A stretch of 64,000 nt of DNA from an uncultured Lentisphaeraceae bacterium. GTDB lineage: Bacteria > Verrucomicrobiota > Kiritimatiellia > RFP12 > UBA1067. Under the pieces are notes generated by a model, which was not told where the DNA came from, made no database searches, and saw only the letters and a program-made list of their open reading frames with translations. Shown piece by piece: positions 16,889 through 26,394 of the stretch. The stretch spans positions 92,447-156,446 of the forward strand of contig CAZWQY010000001.1 of NCBI GenBank assembly GCA_964636295.1, written 5' to 3'. The position numbers and the translations under genes are program-made. Numbering within the stretch: the first letter of the stretch is position 1; the number at the start of each line of letters is the position of its first letter.

Positions 16889-17560
16889 TCACCCCTGACT
16901 GCGGCTCATCTCGACAGAGGCCAACGCCTGCGCGACAGGCCCGAAACTGCGCCGGTGTTCGAGACACGGCCCCAAGCGGTTGAGCGCGTCCACGTGCGCG
17001 GGCGTCGGATAGCCCTTGTGCTGCGCAAACCCGTAGCCGGGATAAAGCCGGTCGAGCCGCAGACAGTCCGCGTCTCGCGCCGTCTTCGCGAGAATCGACG
17101 CCGCCGCGATGAGAAGCGACTTCGCGTCCCCCTTGATGACATTCGTCGAACGCGGGAGCGACGCGACGGGCAGTCCGTCCACGAGAATCGAGATGGCCGC
17201 CGCGTCAAGGTCGCGCGCGCCCAGCTGCGCGGCGACCTGCTCCGCCGCACGGCGCATCGCGAGGTGCGTCGCGCGCAGGATGTTGAGTTGGTCAATCTCC
17301 TCCGCGCTCGCCGAGGAAATCGCCCAAACACAGCCCGGCGTCGCCTTGATCGCCGCCGCGAGCGCATCGCGCCGACGAGCCGTCAACTTCTTCGAGTCGG
17401 TGACGGCCGCCCAGTCGCCGGACAGAAGTTCCCTCGCGCGGACGAGCGGCACGGACACGGCGGCGGCGTAGACGCCGCCCGCCAAGGGGCCGCGCCCCGC
17501 CTCGTCGATCCCCATCACGGGATCGCCCGCCGCCGTCTCGAAATCGAGGGAAACAGCCAT
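16889..17560 (-). CDS. rnhB: ribonuclease HII
   Basis: GIDEAGRGPLAGGVYAAAV motif. 223 aa. The start overlaps the htpG stop. Confidence 0.9.
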   Translation of the reverse strand: MAVSLDFETAAGDPVMGIDEAGRGPLAGGVYAAAVSVPLVRARELLSGDWAAVTDSKKLTARRRDALAAAIKATPGCVWAISSASAEEIDQLNILRATHLAMRRAAEQVAAQLGARDLDAAAISILVDGLPVASLPRSTNVIKGDAKSLLIAAASILAKTARDADCLRLDRLYPGYGFAQHKGYPTPAHVDALNRLGPCLEHRRSFGPVAQALASVEMSRSQG

Positions 17561-17564
17561 CGTC

Positions 17565-19472
17565 CTACTTGAGCATCAGCCCCGCCAGCAGTTTCGCGAA
17601 CCGTGCGCCGTCCGTGACAGGCGAACCCTCGGCGATGAGCGCCGAATCGTAGAGGAGCGTGACGGCGTCCTTGAGCGCGTCGCCCTCCAGCCCCTTCACC
17701 TTCGCGATAAGCGGATGATTCGGATTCACCTCCAGAATGCGCTTGTCGTCCGGCACCTCGTTCTTCATCGCGCGCATCATGCGCACCATCGACGGCGGCA
17801 GCGCATGCTCCTGCGCGACGAGGCAGCACGGCGAGTCGGTGAGGCGCGTCGAGACGCGCACGTCCGAGACGCTGGCCGCAAGTTCCTTCTTGACGGCTTC
17901 GAGGAACGGCTTCAGGTCGGTGGCGGACTTCTCGTTCGCCTCTTTCTCGGCCTTCTGCTCCTCTTCGCTGCCGAAGGCGACGTCACCCTTGGCGACATCG
18001 ACGAACTTCTTGCCGTCGAATTCGCGCAGCGATTCGGTCAGGTAGTCGTCGACGGGATCGCAGAAGAGAAGGACGTCGCACCCGTGCTTGCGCGCGGCTT
18101 CAAGGACAGGCGACTTGCGCGCGTCCTCCTCGCGCTCGGCCGTGACGTAGTAGATGTCCTTCTGCGTCGCGGGCATGTCCTTGACGTAGTCCTCCAGAAA
18201 AACGCGCGTGCCGGACTCGGTGCGTGCCGTCGGATACTTCAGGAGCTTCTTGATCCGGTCGGCGTGTTCCCAGTCGACGTGCACGCCCTCCTTGACGACC
18301 GTGCCGAACGCCGACCAGAACTCGTCGTAGCGCTTCGCGTCCTTCTTCTTCAAGTCCTCCAGCGTCGAGAGAACCTTCGCCGTCACGGCATCCTTGATCT
18401 TCTTGATGACCGCATCGTCCTGCAACATCTCGCGCGAGACGTTGAGCGGCAAGTCGGACGAATCGACGACGCCCTTCACGAAGCGCAGCCAGCTCGGCAG
18501 GAGCATCTCGACGTCGTCGCCGATGAAGACGTTGCGGACATAGAGCGAGAGTCCGCGCTTCTGGTTCGGCATGAAGAGTTCCATCGTCGCCTTCTTCGGC
18601 AGGAAGAGGAGGGCCTTGAACTCGACCGCGCCCTCGCCGGAGAACGGAATCGTCTCGAACGGCGCTTCCCAGTCATGCGTGAGGTGCTTGTAGAACTCAT
18701 CGTACTCCTCCTGCTTGACATCCTTCTTCGCCCGCTTCCAAAGCGCGATCCGCGTGTTGAGGGGCCTTGCCTCGCGCTCCTCGCGCGCCTTCTTCGCCTC
18801 TTCCTTCGCCTTCTCGTCCTTGCCCTCGTCCGTCGCGCCGAGTTCCTTGAAGTAGATCGGGTAGGCGATGAAGTCAGAGTACTTCTTCACGAGATCCGCG
18901 ACGCGCCAGTAGTCCAGGTATTCCAGCTGGTCGTCGCGCAGGTGCAACGTGATGGACGTGCCGGGGAAGTCACGCTCGCCGTCGGAAATCGTGTAGGAGC
19001 CGGACATGTCGGACTCCCACCGGAACGACGTCTCCGTGCCGCGCTTGAGCGTCTCGACCGTCACCTTGTCGGCGACCATGAACGCCGCGTAGAAGCCGAC
19101 GCCGAACTGACCGATCAGTTCGGGCAGGGACTCGCCGCCCTTCTCCTTCAGCATCTCGCGGAACTTCTTCGTGCCCGAACTCGCGATCGTGCCGAGGTTC
19201 TGCTCCAGCTCAGCGGCGTCCATGCCCGTGCCGTTGTCGGAGATCATGAGCGTCTTCGCGGCCTTGTCCGCCGCAATCTGAATCTTCCACTCCGGATTGT
19301 CCACAACGAGCGTCTTGTCGGTCAGCGAGAGGAACTTCGCGCGGTCGATCGCGTCGGAAGCGTTGGAGACGAGCTCGCGGAGGAAGATCTCCTTCTTGGA
19401 GTAGAGCGAATTGACGACGAGATCGAGCATTTCGGCGATCTCGGCCTTGAACTGACTGGTCTTCTTTTCCAT
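17565..19472 (-). CDS. htpG: molecular chaperone HtpG (Hsp90)
   Basis: N-terminus FKAEIAEMLDLVVNSLYSKKEIFLRELVSNASDAIDRAKF, the Hsp90 ATPase signature. 635 aa. Confidence 0.95.
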   Translation of the reverse strand: MEKKTSQFKAEIAEMLDLVVNSLYSKKEIFLRELVSNASDAIDRAKFLSLTDKTLVVDNPEWKIQIAADKAAKTLMISDNGTGMDAAELEQNLGTIASSGTKKFREMLKEKGGESLPELIGQFGVGFYAAFMVADKVTVETLKRGTETSFRWESDMSGSYTISDGERDFPGTSITLHLRDDQLEYLDYWRVADLVKKYSDFIAYPIYFKELGATDEGKDEKAKEEAKKAREEREARPLNTRIALWKRAKKDVKQEEYDEFYKHLTHDWEAPFETIPFSGEGAVEFKALLFLPKKATMELFMPNQKRGLSLYVRNVFIGDDVEMLLPSWLRFVKGVVDSSDLPLNVSREMLQDDAVIKKIKDAVTAKVLSTLEDLKKKDAKRYDEFWSAFGTVVKEGVHVDWEHADRIKKLLKYPTARTESGTRVFLEDYVKDMPATQKDIYYVTAEREEDARKSPVLEAARKHGCDVLLFCDPVDDYLTESLREFDGKKFVDVAKGDVAFGSEEEQKAEKEANEKSATDLKPFLEAVKKELAASVSDVRVSTRLTDSPCCLVAQEHALPPSMVRMMRAMKNEVPDDKRILEVNPNHPLIAKVKGLEGDALKDAVTLLYDSALIAEGSPVTDGARFAKLLAGLMLK

Positions 19473-19481
19473 AACGCGCGT

Positions 19482-19490
19482 ATTATAGCA
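19482..19490 (-). promoter_or_regulatory. extended -10 (TGcTATAAT) 9 nt upstream of the htpG ATG; near-leaderless
   Basis: Minus-strand read: ctgTGcTATAATacgcgcgttATG. Confidence 0.5.
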
Positions 19491-19538
19491 CAGTCGGACG
19501 AAAAAAGGAGCGACTGCGCGCGCACGGAGAAAACGGCG

Positions 19539-20702
19539 TCAGCCGCCCACCGCAACGGCGCATGCGCGCCCGTGCGTGCCCTTCACGATGCCGCGATTGA
19601 AGAAGAAAAGTTCCTTCGGGTCGTAGCCAGGCTTGTTGTGGATATCGACATGGCTCGCGTAGTCCGGCGCCTCGCGCCGATCCGTCCACCACTCGTAGCC
19701 ACACCAGCTGCCGGGCTTCGCGAGCAGCACGACCGCGCCGTCCGTCGCGCGCAACAGACCGTCCGCCGGCATCTCGTAGTTCCCCGTCGCGAGCAGCGTC
19801 TGAACCGCCTTCTCCCGCGCCGCGCCAAAGACGAGGCAGACCTCGTGGTCGCAGAGGGCGAATGCCTCGGACTGGTAGAAGTCGGGGTAGGCGCGCCCGC
19901 CGACCGTCCGCGTCCGAAAAAGCCCTTCACGGCGCAACGTGACGTTCGGCTGGACGGGTGTCTCCGTAACGGACGTGATCTCGTAGTCGCCCAGCACCGT
20001 GAGCGCACAGCCGCGCCGCTGGCAGATATCCGCCAACCGCTCCAGCTGACGGCGAAACTCGCGAAGCGCGGCCTTCGCCGCCGCCGCGTTCGGCCCGTGC
20101 TTCTGCGCGGCGTAGTCAAGCGTCGGCAAGTAGAGGTAAGCCTCGTCAATGTCCTGCACGTCCGTCATCGCCTCAAAATTGGAAATGCACATCCGCCCGA
20201 CCTTCGGCGACGCCAAGGGCCCCCAGTAGCGCCAGAGCGGGAACGTGCCGCAGAGCCGCCGCAGAACGGAGGCATGCCCCGTCGGCTTCGTGTAGCAGCT
20301 CATGACCATGCCGCCGCCGTGCTTGTGAATCGGCGCCGGCGAAAGGATGAGATCGACGTCTTCGCCAAGCGACTGCTGGAAGAAGAACAGGCCGACCGTC
20401 TCGCCCGCCGCGCGCCGATCCGCCCACACGCGCGTGCCCTTCACCAGACGCGCGCTCTGCTCCCAGAAGAATGGCTTCCGAAACGTCTCCGACCAGAAAC
20501 CATTCGAGACCATCCCATGTTCAATGGGCGAAAGCCCCGTGCGCAAGGTCGCCTGCGCGACGCACGTCACGGCCGGAAAGACGCTCGGACGCGGCGCGAA
20601 CGAAAGGCCGGCAAACGCCGTCAGGCCATTGCGCTCCAAAAGATTCCAGCCCAGTCCGGCCGCGACAACCGTTAGCCGCTTCATCGCGCCCCTCCGCACC
20701 AC
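19539..20702 (-). CDS. alkaline-phosphatase-superfamily protein (type I phosphodiesterase/nucleotide pyrophosphatase-like)
   Basis: The pattern of conserved blocks (GLSPIEHGMVSNGFW ... FFFQQSLGEDVD ... HGGGMVMSC) is as in AP-family metalloenzymes. The assignment is moderate. Confidence 0.6.
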   Translation of the reverse strand: MVRRGAMKRLTVVAAGLGWNLLERNGLTAFAGLSFAPRPSVFPAVTCVAQATLRTGLSPIEHGMVSNGFWSETFRKPFFWEQSARLVKGTRVWADRRAAGETVGLFFFQQSLGEDVDLILSPAPIHKHGGGMVMSCYTKPTGHASVLRRLCGTFPLWRYWGPLASPKVGRMCISNFEAMTDVQDIDEAYLYLPTLDYAAQKHGPNAAAAKAALREFRRQLERLADICQRRGCALTVLGDYEITSVTETPVQPNVTLRREGLFRTRTVGGRAYPDFYQSEAFALCDHEVCLVFGAAREKAVQTLLATGNYEMPADGLLRATDGAVVLLAKPGSWCGYEWWTDRREAPDYASHVDIHNKPGYDPKELFFFNRGIVKGTHGRACAVAVGG

Positions 20703-20762
20703 TTGGATCCGTTCTTCATGCCGTCATCAGAGCCTAATCGCAGATCGTGCCGCGCAAACGAC

Positions 20763-21695
20763 TCACTTCAGCCGCTGCTCCAAGGCCTCGTTGCGCGGGC
20801 CGCCGACGCTTCGCCCCGTCTCGTAATAACGTCGCGCACCGGCCTTGTTGGACGGCTGCGTCTGCAGAATCAAGTTTGCCATGTTGTAGTAGGCGTAATG
20901 GCTGCGCGGGTGAACGCTGATTGCCCGGTCGAGCGCCCGTTCCGCCGCCTTGAAGTCGCCGCGCGCCGTCCCCAGCGCCGCCTGAAGATTGAGGGCGGCC
21001 TCGTCATCAGGCTTCTCGCCCAGGATCTCCGCAAGGACCAGCTCCGCCGCCGCGTAATCGCCCGCCGCGAGGTCGGCCATCACCTGCGCGCGCCGCGAAA
21101 GCGGCTTCGCGGACGCTTTCTGCCGCGCGGCGGGCGTTGGCTTTGACGGACGCTTCTCAACGCGCGCAGCCGTCTCGTCCGCCCGATCCTGTTCGCGCGG
21201 CACCGCCTCTGCGGCGGCCGACGCCGACGCCGCGCCTGACGGCACCGACTTCCCGGCCTTCTTCGCACGCTCTTCGGCCAGCCGCCGCTCAAGGGCCGTC
21301 GTGTCGCTCACCGCGACCGCCCGCGCGTTCGCCTTCACCTGCACCAGAAGAAGCGAGTCAATGGTCGCATTCACGTACGCGCGCTTGTTGCGCAACGTCG
21401 CGAACTCGGGCTTGCCGGCCCGATCGCGGTTCTCCGCCTCAATCACGTCCAAGGCCGCCAGCGCGGCACGGTACTTCTCGATGGCCTCGACGGACTTGCC
21501 GTCCTCCGCCAAGTCCGTCGCCTCGTCGATGAGGCGCGAAGCCGGCTCCATCAGTTCGGAGAGGCGCGGACGCTTCGGGTCGGTCTCGTCCTCGTCCGAC
21601 CCAAACGGCCAATACCAGCTCGCCTGAACGCCGAAGGCCATCAACGCCGCCACGGCCAGCATGCCGATCCGTCGACTCTTCTCTCGCGTCACCAT
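20763..21695 (-). CDS. membrane-anchored tetratricopeptide-repeat protein
   Basis: N-terminal TM helix (IGMLAVAALMAFGV), then TPR-like repeats (AERALDRAISVHPRSHYAYYNMANLILQ). Confidence 0.65.
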   Translation of the reverse strand: MVTREKSRRIGMLAVAALMAFGVQASWYWPFGSDEDETDPKRPRLSELMEPASRLIDEATDLAEDGKSVEAIEKYRAALAALDVIEAENRDRAGKPEFATLRNKRAYVNATIDSLLLVQVKANARAVAVSDTTALERRLAEERAKKAGKSVPSGAASASAAAEAVPREQDRADETAARVEKRPSKPTPAARQKASAKPLSRRAQVMADLAAGDYAAAELVLAEILGEKPDDEAALNLQAALGTARGDFKAAERALDRAISVHPRSHYAYYNMANLILQTQPSNKAGARRYYETGRSVGGPRNEALEQRLK

Positions 21696-21717
21696 CTTCT
21701 ACCCCCTTCTCCGAAAC

Positions 21718-22557
21718 TCACGCCCGGCGCAGAAGCCCCGTCGTCCACTCGCCCAGCGTCTTGCGCGAAACCTCCGCAAATCCCCGCGACGCAAACGCCG
21801 CCAAGACTTCCGGATAAAGCGTCGTCAGAATGCCGGACACCACGAGATGCCGCGTCGCGCACGGCGCAATCTCGTCCGCAAACCGAATGAGAAGCGGGCC
21901 GAGAATGTTCGCGACGACGAGGTCGGCCACGCCCAAGTCGCGCTTCTCCCGCGCGCCTAGGCCATACTTGAAGAACGTGACGGAAACGCCGTTCGCCGCC
22001 GCGTTCGTGCGCGACGCCTCCACGGCCTCCGCATCGACGTCAAAGCCCGAAACCGTGCCACAGCCCAGCTTCGCCGCCGCGATGGACAAAATGCCCGAAC
22101 CGCACCCCATGTCCAAGAAAGACGCAACGGGCGCCAGCTCGTCAATGTATTCCAGGCAGGCGCGCGTCGTCTCGTGCTTGCCCGTGCCAAAGGCCATGCC
22201 GGGATCCAGCACGATCGGCAGACGGTCGCCGCCTTCGGGGACAGTCTCCCACGCCGGAACCGTGACCAGCCGACGGCCAATGTTCTCCGTCTTAAAATGG
22301 CGGCGATAGGCGAACTTCCAGTCCTCGTCCGCAATTTCGCCCACCTCAATCGAGGCCGCGACGCCAACGACCGCCAGCGCGTCCGCCAGGCAGCCCTTCG
22401 CCTCTTCCACGCGCGAGGGATCCTCAAGGTAAATCCGCATCCGCGTCATGTCTTCCTCAATGTCACGATAGGAAGACAAAATGAAGTCCCCTCCATCGAA
22501 GACCTCGAAGAGGGGATTCACAAACCGTTCCGAGACGGAACAGCTGACAAACGTCAT
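21718..22557 (-). CDS. prmA: ribosomal protein L11 methyltransferase
   Basis: SAM motif LDMGCGSGILSIAAAKLGCGTVSGFDVDAEAV. 279 aa. Confidence 0.85.
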   Translation of the reverse strand: MTFVSCSVSERFVNPLFEVFDGGDFILSSYRDIEEDMTRMRIYLEDPSRVEEAKGCLADALAVVGVAASIEVGEIADEDWKFAYRRHFKTENIGRRLVTVPAWETVPEGGDRLPIVLDPGMAFGTGKHETTRACLEYIDELAPVASFLDMGCGSGILSIAAAKLGCGTVSGFDVDAEAVEASRTNAAANGVSVTFFKYGLGAREKRDLGVADLVVANILGPLLIRFADEIAPCATRHLVVSGILTTLYPEVLAAFASRGFAEVSRKTLGEWTTGLLRRA

Positions 22558-22766
22558 TACTGCGCCTTCTTGGCAACGAGCTTCTTGACGACCGTCGGAC
22601 GCTGCACGAGAACGCGGACATCCTCATCGCCCATCAGCGCGACTTTCTCGGCATCAAGACCGAACTTGACGAGACGCGCACGCTGCGCCTTCGACTTGCG
22701 CGCCTTGCCGGCGGGCGTCTTGCAGGGACGAACGTGAGATTCCTTGCGAAGTGTACGACCAGTACC
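22557..22766 (-). CDS. small basic protein, possibly ribosomal (L28-like); start at MGTGRTL
   Basis: 70 aa, Lys/Arg-rich. The ribosome-binding site GAGGTAG precedes the ATG at 22766. A TATAAT -10 lies upstream at ~22790. The ORF-track 5' extension is rejected. Confidence 0.45.
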   Translation of the reverse strand, partial: GTGRTLRKESHVRPCKTPAGKARKSKAQRARLVKFGLDAEKVALMGDEDVRVLVQRPTVVKKLVAKKAQ

Positions 22767-22853
22767 CATTTTTCTACCTCTTCTTTCTTCCTGTGGAAAA
22801 ATTATTGTGTGTATTATACCGAAACCGCCGTCAAAACGCAAGGGGGTGCGTTT

Positions 22854-24335
22854 TCACACGCCGCCCTTGCGGCGATGGCGCGCGGCGTAGGACGCCAACG
22901 CCGCGTCGAACTCGGCTTCCGTGAAGTCCGGCCAGAGCGTGTCCGTGAAATAGTACTCGCTGTAGGCCGATTCCCACAGGAGAAAGTTCGACGTCCGCAG
23001 TTCGCCGCTCGTGCGGATGACAAGGTCGGGATCGGGAACGTCCGGCGCGTAGAGAAATCGCCGAAACGTCTCCTCCGTCAACGGCTCGCCCGCCCGAATC
23101 GCCGCGTTCGCCGCATCGACAATCTCAGCGCGACCGCCATAGGAGATCGCGACGATGAACTGACGCGCAAACCGCGCCGTCTTCGCCTCCAGCTCCTCGA
23201 TGACGGACAGGAGCTTGGGCGAGAGGTCGCCGCGTCGCCCGACCATGCGAAAGCGGACTTCGTTCTCGACGAACGTGCGCGCCTTCGCCTTCAGCATCCG
23301 CGCGAAGAGCGACATGAGTCCGTCCACCTCTTCCTTCGGACGCTTCCAGTTCTCCGTCGAGAACGCATAGACCGTCAGGTAGCGAATGCCGCGCCCACCG
23401 CACCAGTCGAGCACGTTGCCCAGCGTCTGCGCGCCCGCCTTGTGCCCTTCGCCGCGCGGCTTGCCGCGCTGCGTCGCCCAGCGTCCGTTGCCGTCCATGA
23501 TGATGGCCACGTGCTGCGGAACGTGCTTCAGGAAGCGCACGGCATCCGTGAAGAACCGCTCCGGCGTCGAGGCCCCGCTCGTCACGCCCAGCGCCGTGAC
23601 GTCCGAGAAGTCGAGCGCACGCACCTCGTCCATCGTCCCGGCGAGGAACGCCCGCTTGCCGGACGCCGCCGCGACTTCGGCGAGCCGCTTCGAGTTGGCG
23701 GACGTCCGCGAGCCCAGCACGAGAATGGCGTCGCCCGCGAACGCGCGCACGGCATCCTGCCGCTCCTTCGTCGCCCGGCAGACCTCGGCCGCCGTCTCCA
23801 CGGCATAGCGCGTCCGCAAGTCCGCGACCTGCCGCGCGACGTCATCCGCGTTCATCGTCGTCTGGGCGACGACGCCGATCCGCGCGCCCGACGGAAGCGC
23901 GGGGCAGTCGGGCGACATCGCCTCCGCAAACGTAAGCGGCTTCGGGACTTCGCCGGCAATGCCGTGGAACTCGACGTGATCCGGATCGCCGAGAATGACG
24001 ACGGGCAAACCGCGCCGGACAAAGGCGCGCGCGGCCGCATGGACTTTCGCGACAAAGGGACACGTCGCGTCAATGACCGACAGCCGCCGCGCGGCGGCGA
24101 CTTCGCGCACGTGCGGCGACACGCCATGAGCCGAGAAGACGACCGTCGCGCCGACGGGGACTTCCTCAATCCGATCGACGAAGCGGAAGCCAAGCGCCTT
24201 CAAGTCGCCAATCACGATCTCGTTGTGGACTAGCGCGTGAAGGCAGTAGACGTCACGCAACGTGAGCGCCTTGGCGATTGCGGCGTTCACGCCCGCACAC
24301 AGCCCATGCGGCTCAAGGATTTCGATTCGATTCAC
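22854..24335 (-). CDS. ispH: fusion protein: 4-hydroxy-3-methylbut-2-enyl diphosphate reductase (IspH/LytB) + undecaprenyl-diphosphate synthase (UppS)
   Basis: N-terminal half: LCAGVNAAIAKAL ... VVAQTTMN (IspH). C-terminal half: HVAIIMDGNGRWATQRG ... RTSGELRTSNFLLWESAYSEYYFTDTLWPDF (UppS cis-prenyltransferase motifs). The preferred start is the GTG at 24335, after the SD-like GAGGGGGA. Confidence 0.85.
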   Translation of the reverse strand: MNRIEILEPHGLCAGVNAAIAKALTLRDVYCLHALVHNEIVIGDLKALGFRFVDRIEEVPVGATVVFSAHGVSPHVREVAAARRLSVIDATCPFVAKVHAAARAFVRRGLPVVILGDPDHVEFHGIAGEVPKPLTFAEAMSPDCPALPSGARIGVVAQTTMNADDVARQVADLRTRYAVETAAEVCRATKERQDAVRAFAGDAILVLGSRTSANSKRLAEVAAASGKRAFLAGTMDEVRALDFSDVTALGVTSGASTPERFFTDAVRFLKHVPQHVAIIMDGNGRWATQRGKPRGEGHKAGAQTLGNVLDWCGGRGIRYLTVYAFSTENWKRPKEEVDGLMSLFARMLKAKARTFVENEVRFRMVGRRGDLSPKLLSVIEELEAKTARFARQFIVAISYGGRAEIVDAANAAIRAGEPLTEETFRRFLYAPDVPDPDLVIRTSGELRTSNFLLWESAYSEYYFTDTLWPDFTEAEFDAALASYAARHRRKGGV

Positions 24336-25257
24336 GACGCCCGTCCCCCTCTCCCTTGGTCTCCGATTCGGCAAAGGCGACATTGAGCAGGCCGTCCGCC
24401 GTTTCCAGAAGATCCTTCAGCGACTCCTCCGTCGCCTCGCCGTCGGCGAGCGCAAGCAAGAACGCGCGATAGGCATCGGCCGCCGCCTGAAGCCCCTCGC
24501 CGCGCCCGCCGCCGAACACGAGCAGCGCATCCGCCTTTTCGCGCGCGGCAAGCCGCACAAGCGGATCGTCCTTCGCGCAGGCGATCGCCGCGCGGAACGT
24601 GAGCGCGCCGAAGCGTCCGCCGAACGGACGCGCGAACGTCTGCGGATAAAGCCAAAGGCGCGACGCGAAGACGCGCGCCTCAACCCGGCTCAGCGTGCCC
24701 GGACGAAAGACATGGTAGAGAAGGCGAAAGCCGTCCGCATCCGAACCCTCCGCCCGGTCGAGCCAATCCGCCAGCCGCCGCCGCGCCCGCGCGACGCGAT
24801 AGTCGGGATCGGTCATCCGATAGGCTTCGGCGGCCTCCGCCGCCGTCCGTTCCGTCCGCTCGACGGCGCGGAAATAGGCGCGCACGATTTCCGTTCGCAG
24901 GACGTTGAGATCCGTCGTCGCGGGATTCGGCAGGAAGAGGCGCGTGACGACCGCGCCCTCATTCGTCGCGACGCGCACGAGGACGTCCGTGCGGTTCGTC
25001 GCCACGTCGCCGAGATGGAGGACGATGCCCGGACGCGCGACGCGCGTCAGCCGCCGCCCGGACGCGCCCGCGAGCGTGGTCACCGTCTCGCCCGCAAAGC
25101 GCGCGACCGGCGCCTGGAACTCGCGGCGGCGGTCTTCGGTGCAGTTCGCGAAGACCTTCACAAGGCCTTCGGCCTGCGTGAGGACGGGCGCCTTGAAGCG
25201 CGCGATCATCTCCGCGCGCGAAAGCGCCAGCACGAGGGCGGTCGCGAGAAGGCCCAT
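24313..25257 (-). CDS. hypothetical secreted protein
   Basis: 314-aa ORF with a signal-peptide-like N-terminus (MGLLATALVLALSRA) and high GC3. No recognizable motif. Confidence 0.5.
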   Translation of the reverse strand: MGLLATALVLALSRAEMIARFKAPVLTQAEGLVKVFANCTEDRRREFQAPVARFAGETVTTLAGASGRRLTRVARPGIVLHLGDVATNRTDVLVRVATNEGAVVTRLFLPNPATTDLNVLRTEIVRAYFRAVERTERTAAEAAEAYRMTDPDYRVARARRRLADWLDRAEGSDADGFRLLYHVFRPGTLSRVEARVFASRLWLYPQTFARPFGGRFGALTFRAAIACAKDDPLVRLAAREKADALLVFGGGRGEGLQAAADAYRAFLLALADGEATEESLKDLLETADGLLNVAFAESETKGEGDGRRESNRNP

Positions 25258-25263
25258 GGCGCG

Positions 25264-26391
25264 TCAACGAACCTTCAGCAGAACGAGCAGCAACGCCGGC
25301 ATGATGACGAGCTGCAGGAGAACAAAGCGCATCAGCACCTGCGCATTCGACCACTTCAGGTTCTTCTTGCAGTGGTCGTGCAGGGGAAAGCGGACGCGGC
25401 GGATGAGATTGTCCTCGCCGATGTCAAAGCCGACCTTCTTCGCGACGCGCAGAAGGACGAGCTTGCCGAGGCCGCCGCCGCCGTTCACGAGCACGATCGG
25501 CGCCAGCGCGAGGACGATGAACGGATTGCCCGTCATGAGCGAAGCCGTCGCGACGAGAATGCCGAGGTAGCGGCTGCCCGCATCGCCCATCAGGATCTTC
25601 GACGGCTCGGCGTTGTACCAGAGGTAGCCGCCGAACGCCCCCGCGACGATCATCACGACGATCGCCCACCGCGCCGCCTCGGCATAGGCGGGAATGAGGA
25701 AGTAGTGCGCGACGGGACGGTAGCCGACGACGACGTAAAGAACGACGGCAAGCATCACGAGCGCGATGAGCGTGAGCGTTCCCGCCAAGCCGTCCACGCC
25801 GTCCGAGCAATTCGTCGCGTTCATCGTGAACCAGAGGACAAACGCCGCGACGGGCACGTAGGCCCACGCGGGAATCAACCAGACGCCCACGTCGTTCAGC
25901 ACGACCGGGCCTTTCACGAACGGCAGCCAGGCAATCATCACGTGCGCGCCGTCCACGATCTCGTGGTGCCCGAGAAAGATGAAGACGGCGATCGCGACGG
26001 AGACGACGGCATCCAGAAGCCCCTTCTTGAGCTCGCCCCAGGGAACAAGCGCGCGGTCGTCAAGATAGCCGAAGAGCATCGCGCCGTAAAGCGCGAAGAC
26101 GGCCGCGAGATCCCACGGCTTGAGCGGCGCAAAGAGGACGATGACAGGCAGGGCGACAAGCGAAACCCAAAGGCCCGCGCCCGTCGGCTTGCCCTGGCTG
26201 CCCAGTCCGCCCAGGTCTTTGAGGAGCGTCTTGCCCCGGTCGCGCGGCAGACGATCCCACAGGCGCGGCAGAAGCGCCCAGGTGAGAATCGCCGCCGTGA
26301 ACGCGCCGCCCGCGAGGAGGAGCGCGTGGGACTGGAGAAGACGGAACGGACCCCAGAACTGCTGGAGAAACGCCGAGAGGTAGTAGATCAT
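25264..26391 (-). CDS. mraY: phospho-N-acetylmuramoyl-pentapeptide transferase (MraY, glycosyltransferase family 4)
   Basis: NATNCSDGVDGLAG and FGYLDD motifs. 375 aa, polytopic. Confidence 0.8.
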   Translation of the reverse strand: MIYYLSAFLQQFWGPFRLLQSHALLLAGGAFTAAILTWALLPRLWDRLPRDRGKTLLKDLGGLGSQGKPTGAGLWVSLVALPVIVLFAPLKPWDLAAVFALYGAMLFGYLDDRALVPWGELKKGLLDAVVSVAIAVFIFLGHHEIVDGAHVMIAWLPFVKGPVVLNDVGVWLIPAWAYVPVAAFVLWFTMNATNCSDGVDGLAGTLTLIALVMLAVVLYVVVGYRPVAHYFLIPAYAEAARWAIVVMIVAGAFGGYLWYNAEPSKILMGDAGSRYLGILVATASLMTGNPFIVLALAPIVLVNGGGGLGKLVLLRVAKKVGFDIGEDNLIRRVRFPLHDHCKKNLKWSNAQVLMRFVLLQLVIMPALLLVLLKVR

Positions 26392-26394
26392 TTC

